Origin: an uncultured Candidatus Saccharibacteria bacterium | GTDB taxonomy: Bacteria > Patescibacteriota > Minisyncoccia > Phycocordibacterales > UBA918 | Length of the DNA: 64,000 bases | Assembly: GCA_964350735.1 (NCBI GenBank) | Contig: CAYGKO010000003.1 | Location: 52,452 to 116,451 of the forward strand | Direction: 5' to 3' | In this document: positions 48,701-64,000 of the stretch, one piece after another | How positions within the stretch are numbered: the first letter of the stretch is position 1 | Layout of the letters: every line of letters starts with the position of its first letter | Made by a program: the position numbers and the translations under genes | Notes under the pieces: model-generated | What the model was told of the DNA's origin: nothing | Database searches by the model: none | Seen by the model: the letters and a program-made list of their open reading frames with translations, nothing else

Positions 48701-48953
48701 AGGTTGACGAAAGATCAGCCAGGTTGATATAGACCGGGAAGTCTGCCAGGTCGTCGTCGATATTGGCAGCATCGATAGTGACAGTGTCGTACAAGGTCCA
48801 GCTGGTACCATTCCAAGTTGATGTAGCGGCTTCTGCAGACTGAGGCGTGAAGAATGTAAGCAGAGCGAGCGCTCCCAACAACACCAACAAACCACTCAGT
48901 TTAGTCTGCATTGTACTTATATATGTACGTGGTTTTGATTGATGTGTGTTCAT
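39711..48953 (-). CDS. Giant 3080-aa secreted protein with two DUF2341/LamG-like modules, 25 beta-propeller blade repeats and beta-helix-like spacers
   Basis: Signal peptide (..AEA/), duplicated DFPVYI.L...GDIRVT...YHL.E...DE.R.S module, and repeated FNxDGTKMFV.G...V.EY.L...FDVSTA. Confidence 0.9.
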   Translation of the reverse strand: MNTHQSKPRTYISTMQTKLSGLLVLLGALALLTFFTPQSAEAATSTWNGTSWTLYDTVTIDAANIDDDLADFPVYINLADLSSTFWSTVSDGGGDIRVTTNDGSPVELAREVVSASTTLETGELHFKANSISSTTDTVFRIYYNSSTTAAYATDDTYGAENVWTNSYYSVYHLQEDPSGATVYDSTSNDYDLATIGSFVSGDSVTGRLAGGQAIQFDGNDELLTDTDNVWSNSNNTVTVQFWNNVAAAAAAETFHIAAGWAVGGGNERLVISAPWADIVYWDFGTCCTTPGRISTSYTAYDDKWTMVHVTSGTGKGIYLDGVSATSSISTDNPNVDLTGFYLGGDAGANYHEGSIDEFRVSTVERSAAWISAEHLNQATTTDFYNTAQAAPITFSGTLYQADRSTVVATSSVIKVAAGNPVQVYTGSSAQTTGLWEVAITQGHTIDDGSGVVVWVDGDSSIQGSLVTVANSSSTDITTLDLYQDHVISRHEAGISSTTIADFAVYDASDDGDIMYLASAAAETLTVQGGKELYVWPGSTLNGGTAITTISGATLPGSITIPSGATFEAPATLTLAGSLTNDGTYDSTESTLDIQSGQSVSFKNAVTTSAANSSFWGMSIVDSGTKVAFTDVTNDVIEMYNLSTAYDLSTAGLASRYDVSGEDGFAFGVKFNTSGTQMFVLGGGNNTLYAYDLSTAFDVSTASATDTHIFSQVTTAISFSFNSAGTKLFVGDESADDVSEFTLSAWDITSLSYVDAFSVSTETDSPYALTFSPTGDEMFVTDGGDSNGEVYQYDLGTAFDVSTAVFGGTLNTSGDLGANTITGVDFDGDGDRLFLTAAFAGYFEYSLDAPYSFGGVLFQDTTYPSDSATPFAIRFNNDGSKAYVVDDNEDDVDEYALSVDYDLSTLSYTDSFDVSTEGISPVAIVFNATGSKMFISDSGTGDVYEYELSTDWDVSTASATDSFAGGGFGLEFNDDGSILYQANGSGAIYEYGLSPKYALSGASFDASHSIFVDTLTIKFNDDGTKMFVGDYTGNTLTVYDLSSAYDPGSIGTSITLSFTEVTDLYDITFNASGSKAYVTDPSTGGIYEYALDPVFSFGGAANVSTDSLVKTDSVPEAVTFNDDGTKLYSVYRLSGMVGQFDVSTPYDLTTAEYEKGFSIKSFDTAPKDVQFNATGSRMYILGDTGNDINEFSLSIPWDISSATQVDTEPIGSQETSPAAMALSATGDKMFVVGTAGMDVNEYTLSPAWDVSTASFVDSFDVSSEDTQPSGIVFNTAGTKMFILGDQTDSVFEYTLSAGFDVSTASYDGRQYDLSDIETLPSGIDMSPDGFSMFVSGSFSDTFSGFDLASSFTFEAVISTSTLSGTLSGTSALATTTASFGNVLFADNASTTDFTIDAGVSVSIASTSNFETSGGFTNNGSFTAGQSLYLTGTDKTVSGSLTGDNQLGNTFVVGAYTFSSEAEVENITIAAAGSTTAPVVLTVTGDLTNNGSFNANEGLVRFSSTTPASISGDFTGASSLADVRIIASSSVSFGQAASTTNITIEAGATTTAPATSLTIAGSLTNNGVFENNSGTVYFAGEAYEVSTLSYNDVFSVSSEEASPEGLAFNTDGTKLFVIGSSGDDVNEYALIEPYDLSTARFVDSFRIASQETSPTAVTFSATGTRMFVLGTTNDSVFQYELTSAFDVSSAAYTHATSVSLQELTPEGLSFNTDGTKMFVVGSSGDDVNEYTLGSPWDVSSAAFVDATLVNAQDFTPTGIEFNTDGSKMFIVGDTGNDISEYTLSGAFDASTRTFVDGFSVALEEATPNDMRFNNDGTQMFVIGSTGDNVYRYFLDSAFDISTAYFDGSFRVATEDLTPRGVEFNTDGTKMFVAGDSGNDINEYALSSGFDVSTAVFTHATSVALQDTSPLNVAFNTDGTKMYVPGDAGNDINEYALGTAFDISSASFSHATSVVADNSTPTDVTFNTDGTKMYVLGSTPDEVNEYSLSTVFDVSTASHVAEFSVSSQDTTPLALLFNKTGEKMFVLGNIGNDINEYVLSTAFSISTASFVTSYSIAAEETSPTGMAFNANGTKLFVVGFSGDDVNEYDLDDLSASGVLTGSSAFNDISAVGTILFADNASTTNFVIESRGTAALPNELSIAGSFDSSGAVIAGSGTTTLTGSGEQITGALTDAIAGNTVVIAGSYTFTNATTADMVIDATGSLSGTGELTVLGDYTNNGVYGSGGEVIFAGSGTQTATGSLSGTDAFNALTVRNDSASGSTTQSFIFGAPAETDGLFTIEASSSVQFLAGETYSFDSVDWTGEDGRPVYLRSSDPGTAWDLDTGIQVSVSFVDVRDSDATITAGGVTAYQSVDSGNNTNWTLEAGAAPVPWNDTDWTEYDVVTIDYTNIDEDLADFPVYIDLSDLSADFWAGVSSDAGDIRVTTNSGSPVELPRELVSASTTLQTGELHFKANLISSTMDTHFRIYYNGSSSIDYITSATYGAENVWSNGYVAVYHLGEDGNTDAGGYRDSTSFGNHGTGTSMTSGSDVAGRLGLAQDLDGASDYIEIPSTSEFDFSASDYAVSLWVDMDASQNSFAALYSKGNGAGNDWSFQRRGTTNNTAIFHTSGTGNFITNGWSTIAGAGWKHVTLQFDTSANDVDEYIDGSLFDSNDAVNSKPDFETDRPVRLGAERSAGGNLDGSLDEVRISNSIRAPAWIAAEYLNQSTTTDFYALAEPGVITIANHSVGQVSSAFSFKNATSQPAFAFQLTPTGESATVTALTLNVSGISNSVSTSSIPNIVLYQDTDNDAEYDVTDQVLDASGEFTFSGESGTIVFADDFLVTTNQNYLVTFDINAVSRSEMLVLSLATSGVQGIGVVFEEVINVNGSVNSVQHIRGNQGSGGGGGSSQGSIGGDAPAGRSEEVGGGSGGGSAVDTNTGGSTIGAEVGFNRPSANSGSWNSAANAYDQTDGTYATTSAADTHNYTNYSHSIPGSNEIVGIAVKLEVSGTTDAGTIDVELSYDGGTSWTAAKTSPTLTTSDTVVTLGAPADLWGRAWTPTELNNTNFAIRVTGAPSSNEIRIDEIQVRVYHQATGGGGGGGGSI

Positions 48954-48961
48954 ATTGATTT

Positions 48962-59167
<10,206 letters not shown>

Positions 59168-59169
59168 AA

Positions 59170-59913
59170 TTAATTTTCAATTTGCTTATCGGAGTCAGTA
59201 CTCATGTGTTCACCAGTAGAGACCGGGACCATCAGAAACAAATACTCGTCGTCTTGCTGATTTTCGCCATTGTCACGAAACACTGGCGTAATTACACCAG
59301 TGTCAGTGTTTTTCATTTCAATTACCACCTCATCGGAAAAAGCCTCCCTGACTTTTTCTAACTCAGTCTCAGTATCAACAATCACAACACCTACATCTTG
59401 ATTCGGTTCAATCGCTTGCACTATTTCAACTTCTTCTGAAAAGAAACCGAATAGATTAAAAGCCTCACTGAGTGTTTCCGTCACGGAAACCGCACCAAAA
59501 GAAAAGGCTTGGAGGTCTAAAGCTTCAGATTTTGCTGTCCAACTGAGAGAAGCTGCTAACGCGATGCACGCCAACACTGCTGCAGTTTCGGCCAAAGCCA
59601 CCGGGAACAAACTGGGAGCGGTTGCTACTTTTTCAAAAACAATTTGCTTTTGCCTTCCCACAACTCTTTCTACAATTCTAGATTGACGCAACTGCTCCTG
59701 TCGAAGTCTACGCTCTGCTTCAGCCTCAAGCGAGAAGAGCTTGAGTGAATCAGCTCCCACAAACCACTGGCGACCACGCTGCTCTGCGAGAATTTTCTTT
59801 TCCCGAGCAAGTCTTCCTACGTAATCAGCTGTGTACCCAACGAGCTTAGCAGCCTCTTTTGTCGGGAGCATTCGATCTGTATTTTCCGCTTGTGTTTGAA
59901 GAGAGTCCAACAT
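59170..59913 (-). CDS. HTH (excisionase/HTH_17-like) - coiled coil - TM protein
   Basis: TKEAAKLVGYTADYVGRLAREKKI.A..RGRQWFV, followed by hydrophobic AAVLACIALAASL. Confidence 0.8.
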   Translation of the reverse strand: MLDSLQTQAENTDRMLPTKEAAKLVGYTADYVGRLAREKKILAEQRGRQWFVGADSLKLFSLEAEAERRLRQEQLRQSRIVERVVGRQKQIVFEKVATAPSLFPVALAETAAVLACIALAASLSWTAKSEALDLQAFSFGAVSVTETLSEAFNLFGFFSEEVEIVQAIEPNQDVGVVIVDTETELEKVREAFSDEVVIEMKNTDTGVITPVFRDNGENQQDDEYLFLMVPVSTGEHMSTDSDKQIEN

Positions 59914-60313
59914 ACGATATTGCTATATATTATATAGCGATTCTCTTTAAAATAGTGCGTCGGTTGTGGACTACTTTTATACAAAAAAAACTACAATTTA
60001 TCCTGCTAAATTTAGAGCAGGTTTCAGACAAAAAGCTCCGGAGGAAAAAGGTAGCTGACTACCAAAAGATAACTTATAACAACCCATCAGGAGAACAGAG
60101 ACGCAAGCAAATCCTGGTTCTTAGTCCGATGCAAAACACAAACACAGCTCGTGAAAGGATTCGGTCGCAACTTAACTGCATGTTTCTAGTCAATTAGACA
60201 ATATCTAAGGAGAAATTGGAGATAAGGAGTCAGCGGTAATACAGACTGTAACACGTTTCCAGAATACTGCACATAACGGAATTATATGTAAAACTCTTTT
60301 ATACGATATAACC

Positions 60314-61204
60314 CTATTTTTCAATGTTTATCTGGGCTAAAAGTTGGTTAATGTTGAAGCTGTATTTTTCATCTAGACTGTCTGCAGTGGCCACAAGCGT
60401 TGTTTCGAGACCAGCCGCCAGTGTTGCAGCCAAAAGAATAACCAGTGTGCTTGCGCTGAGCATTAAAAAGAGAAGCCTGCCCTGGACTGGCTGATGAGAT
60501 TCTTCAGAATGAATTGGTATATGCACCACCCCAGCCGACCGCTCTGTATCTCTCATGCTTTCTACACTCTCCTCTTCCGCTATCTCCGGTACTGTATGGG
60601 GTACAGCAAATTTCCTTGAAAATAAGGATGTAACTACTGATTCCTGCTCTGCAATCTCTGCCTCTACCACTACTGGTTCTTCGGCATCCTCAAACACAGT
60701 GTCTTCGTGTGATTCCACCTGCACATCCCCTTTAAAGCGTATCCGCGGGTGTTTAGAGGCGCTAATAACGTACTCCTGAGTCTTCGAGGTCACCTCAAGC
60801 TTTTCAGCGCCACCTAGTTCGACCTCAAGTCTGTGGACTAGCTGGTTTTTCTTTTGAACCACAGGAACCAGATCAGAATCATCTGTTTCATAATTTGTGA
60901 TTTTAGTAGCCTTGGGTAGATGTTCAAAAAAGTTTTTATTCGCAGACTGCCGTACCGCCACAGTAACTTTGTGCGACGAAGATTCACGCAACGCCTGCTT
61001 CGACTTCTCTAAGTTGCTCCGTTGCTTAGTTTTCTTATGCTCAGTGATTGAGTCTGGATTCACATACCAAGTACGTCCCACTAGACGCGCATCAACTTTC
61101 TCGGATCTGCATAATTGTCCGAGATAGTCTTTTGTATAACCAAAATCTCGTGCAACCAAGGTCGCTTTTTTATAATTCTTCTTGTTAATAGTAACAACAT
61201 CCAT
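60314..61204 (-). CDS. HTH (excisionase/HTH_17-like) protein with C-terminal TM
   Basis: ATLVARDFGYTKDYLGQLCRSEKVDARLVGRTWYV and the late TM LLFLMLSASTLVILLAATLAAGL. Confidence 0.8.
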   Translation of the reverse strand: MDVVTINKKNYKKATLVARDFGYTKDYLGQLCRSEKVDARLVGRTWYVNPDSITEHKKTKQRSNLEKSKQALRESSSHKVTVAVRQSANKNFFEHLPKATKITNYETDDSDLVPVVQKKNQLVHRLEVELGGAEKLEVTSKTQEYVISASKHPRIRFKGDVQVESHEDTVFEDAEEPVVVEAEIAEQESVVTSLFSRKFAVPHTVPEIAEEESVESMRDTERSAGVVHIPIHSEESHQPVQGRLLFLMLSASTLVILLAATLAAGLETTLVATADSLDEKYSFNINQLLAQINIEK

Positions 61205-61265
61205 AAACTCCTGCCATTATACATGACAGGAGTTTATGACAAAATAAGATATGTGAATGGCGCAA

Positions 61266-62675
61266 CTACTTCAGAGTTTCTTCTAACAAATTTTTCAGGA
61301 CTTCAGGATTCGCGGTGCCTCTGGAAAGCTTCATTCCTTGTCCAATCAGGTACTTGAGCGAAGCTTCTTTTCCGGCTTTAAATTCTTGAACTACAGCCTC
61401 ATTTTCAGCGATTACTTGCTCAATAACAGGCATGACATCTTCAGTCGAACTGCTTTGCGCTAAGCCACGTTCAGAAACAAGCTGTTCTGGATCACTATCT
61501 TCAAGCAACACCTCTGCAAGCAAATCTTTTGTCGTTCTTGAATTTATAGATTTGTCTGCAGCTAACGCTATTAATGAGGCAAAATTTTTCGCTTTCTCAA
61601 GCACGTTTACTTCAATCACTGGTGCTATATCCGACCCTAAAATATCGCTTGTCAGATAGTTTGCTGCAAGAACAGCGTGGTCCTTAGATTTTAGTCGCAG
61701 AAGTACTTCCCCAAAGAACACTTTTGCTTTTAAGTCAGAAATAATAACCTCGATTATATCCACTTTGATTCCGAGATTTGTATATTCATTACGCAATTCT
61801 GGGGCTAATTTTGGTATTATCTTGTCTAAACTAGAATTAGTAAAATCATCGATTGTGTCTCGGTCAAACTTTGGGATGTCAGGATCTGGAAAATAGCGAT
61901 ATTCCTCAGCACTTTCTTTAATCCGTTGGCTAAACGTGGTCGAGTTATTTTCATCCCACCCACGAGTTTCCTGAATGATGGTACCTCCACCTTCTAAAAC
62001 TTCGATATGCCGCGCTGTCTCGTAATCTATAGCAGCTTCCATGGCTTTGAAAGAGTTTAGGTTTTTTACTTCAACTTTGTCACCTAGCGTGTCAGTTTTG
62101 CTGACAGATATATTTGCTTCTACTCGCATTTCTCCGCGCTCCATATTGGCATCCGAAACACCCAGAGTTTTTAACAAGAGTTGTAGCTCTCGAGCAAAGT
62201 TCCCTGCCTGCTTTGATTCGTGAATCACCGGTTCAGTCACCAGCTCCATTAAAGGCACTCCAGCTCGATTGAAGTCGACTAAACTGCTGTCACTTTCATG
62301 TTGGCTACGAGCTGTATCTTCTTCGAGATGAATTCTGGTAATTTGTACTCCTGCCAATTCGCCACCCTTCACAAAAGGATATGCATACTGACTAATCTGA
62401 TACGCCTTCGGAATATCTGGGTAAAAATAATTCTTACGGTCAAATTCACTGTAACCAGCCAAAGTTCCGCCAATTGCTTTTCCAACAGTCAAAACCATCC
62501 TGACCGCCTCTTTATTAACAGCCGGAAGTGTCCCAGGGTGTGCCATACAAACTGGACATACGTTTGCATTCACTTCACTGGCATGAGGATCATTTTTACA
62601 TCCACAAAACATCTTACTAGCCGTCTTTAGTTCGGCATGCACTTCAATTCCTACTGTAGTTTTATACTCACTCAT
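61266..62675 (-). CDS. gatB: Asp/Glu-tRNA amidotransferase subunit B
   Basis: Motifs VGIEVHAEL, FDRKNYFYPD, HLEED, NRAGVPLMELVTEP, VEVKNLNS and YRYFPDPD. Start set at ATG 62675. Confidence 0.97.
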   Translation of the reverse strand: MSEYKTTVGIEVHAELKTASKMFCGCKNDPHASEVNANVCPVCMAHPGTLPAVNKEAVRMVLTVGKAIGGTLAGYSEFDRKNYFYPDIPKAYQISQYAYPFVKGGELAGVQITRIHLEEDTARSQHESDSSLVDFNRAGVPLMELVTEPVIHESKQAGNFARELQLLLKTLGVSDANMERGEMRVEANISVSKTDTLGDKVEVKNLNSFKAMEAAIDYETARHIEVLEGGGTIIQETRGWDENNSTTFSQRIKESAEEYRYFPDPDIPKFDRDTIDDFTNSSLDKIIPKLAPELRNEYTNLGIKVDIIEVIISDLKAKVFFGEVLLRLKSKDHAVLAANYLTSDILGSDIAPVIEVNVLEKAKNFASLIALAADKSINSRTTKDLLAEVLLEDSDPEQLVSERGLAQSSSTEDVMPVIEQVIAENEAVVQEFKAGKEASLKYLIGQGMKLSRGTANPEVLKNLLEETLK

Positions 62676-62734
62676 ACTATATAGAATGCAGACAACACGC
62701 TGTCGCACTTTTATTAAACAAAATAATAGTAATA

Positions 62735-63712
62735 CTACCCTTCTCGTAGATGCGAAACAAGAGAATCTCGTAGTTCTTTAACCCCTTCACCAGTCTCTGC
62801 AGAGATTACAAACACACGATTCTTATCTGTGTCAATACTCTTCATAACTATGTCAATTTTAGCGCTAGAAACAAGGTCTTTTTTAGTAAAAATAATCCAC
62901 TCTTCTTTACTTTGAAGATCTTTTTTGTAAGCACTTAGCTCATTTCGAATTGTAGTATAGGCACTAATTGGGTCTTCATGCTCTAACGAAACGAGGTGCA
63001 GAAGCATTTTTGTGCGTTCGACATGCCGTAAAAATCGATGACCAAGCCCTTTCCCACTTGCTGCACCTTCAATAAGTCCTGGAACATCTGCCAAGACATA
63101 CCCGTAGAGGTCCCCTAAATGTGGCATCAAGGTGGTAAATTCGTAGGCTCCGATTTGTGAATTTGCGTTCGTGAAAGTATTGAGGAGAGTAGACTTTCCT
63201 GCATTTGGCATCCCAATTAAACCAACATCAACTACGAGCGACAACTCAATTTTGAAATTACCCTCTTCACCAATCTTTCCTTTAGTTGCCTGTTCTGGAG
63301 CTTGGTTCGTTGAAGATTTAAAATATTCATTTCCGAGACCACCATGTCCTCCATGCAAAATCTTCTCAGTTTGTCCTTCCTCGAAGAGTTCATAGGATCG
63401 GTCTCTTTCTAAATCATGTACAAATGACCCCATTGGGACATCTATATATAAATCATCACTCCCTTTACCGTACTGACTATCAATCCGCCCAGCCTCACCA
63501 GGCTTAGCTATAAATTCATTGTTACCGGTATATTTAGAGAGTAGGCTTAAATTACGTACAGCGCGTACGTACACATCACCGCCTCGACCGCCGTTTCCCC
63601 CAGAAGGTCCGGCATTTGGTCGAAATTTCTCATGACGCCAGCGGACCACCCCGTCCCCACCGTTTCCGGCTTTAGCGTATATTTCTAATTCATCTATAAA
63701 CATGCCTGCCAT
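62735..63712 (-). CDS. obgE: GTPase Obg/CgtA
   Basis: FIDE...AGNGGDG, Gly-rich Obg fold, GMPNAGKST, FTTL, DVPGLIEGA and TKKD. Confidence 0.97.
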   Translation of the reverse strand: MAGMFIDELEIYAKAGNGGDGVVRWRHEKFRPNAGPSGGNGGRGGDVYVRAVRNLSLLSKYTGNNEFIAKPGEAGRIDSQYGKGSDDLYIDVPMGSFVHDLERDRSYELFEEGQTEKILHGGHGGLGNEYFKSSTNQAPEQATKGKIGEEGNFKIELSLVVDVGLIGMPNAGKSTLLNTFTNANSQIGAYEFTTLMPHLGDLYGYVLADVPGLIEGAASGKGLGHRFLRHVERTKMLLHLVSLEHEDPISAYTTIRNELSAYKKDLQSKEEWIIFTKKDLVSSAKIDIVMKSIDTDKNRVFVISAETGEGVKELRDSLVSHLREG

Positions 63713-63782
63713 TATGCATTATTTAGAGCGTATGTATAGGTTTGTGCAATAGTCCACTAAAAAATCTGTTAAAATAGCGCTA

Positions 63783-64000
63783 ATGAAAAAAAGTCGGCTG
63801 CAGCACTTCACTGCACTTTTACTGATCATAAGTATGGTTTTTGCTGGTGTGCTATTTTTTAGCACACTAGCTGCTGGCGCCACCTACACCTGGGACAACG
63901 GTGGTGTTACCAGTGACTGGAGTGACTGCGACAACTGGACGAGCGATACCTGCCCAGGCTCTGGTGATATTGCACGCTTTGATGGTACCTCAAGCGCAGA
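63783..64000 (+). CDS. Secreted protein, 5' part only (runs off the window)
   Basis: MKKSRLQHFTALLLIISMVFAGVLFFSTLAAGATYTWDNGGVTSDWSDCDNWTSDTCPGSGDIARFDG. This is a signal peptide plus a W..W..NW..P..D motif typical of N-termini of large beta-helical surface proteins. Confidence 0.75.
   Translation, partial: MKKSRLQHFTALLLIISMVFAGVLFFSTLAAGATYTWDNGGVTSDWSDCDNWTSDTCPGSGDIARFDGTSSA

Noticed and set aside
59859-60197. 112-aa + strand ORF or ncRNA between the HTH genes
   Set aside because: It has no good start, overlaps the neighbouring gene's start, shows only weak hairpins, and matches nothing I recognise.

Overview
The window is a gene-dense bacterial chromosome segment. Its gene content and style (short PheS, PheT and EF-Ts, split transketolase, type IV pilin, sortase, giant Ser/Thr-rich surface proteins, mostly SD-less starts) suggest a Patescibacteria/CPR genome, probably Parcubacteria. 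This lineage is inferred, not measured. Housekeeping genes are rnhB, dnaE, thrS (with a Thr T-box leader), gyrB, pheST, tRNA-Thr(UGU), tsf, rpsB, prfA, rpmE, rplY, a PfkB kinase, gap-rpiB-rpe-tkt, gatB and obg. The first accessory surface locus (8.5-15.5 kb) has a sortase, a VPYTG-tailed surface protein whose frame can be joined to the next ORF by a -1 shift at an A9 run, and two foreign-looking secreted-protein genes, one with a twin-arginine signal. The second (35.4-61.2 kb) has two HTH-TM proteins, a 3401-aa tail-fibre-like mosaic protein with repeated DNA modules and a putative autocleaving chaperone domain, a 3080-aa LamG/beta-propeller protein, and a four-gene WxL/DUF916-like cassette. 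Several unexplained, strongly palindromic intergenic elements also occur. No CRISPR array, rRNA, transposase or integrase was seen. All family assignments come from motif recognition by eye, not database searches.
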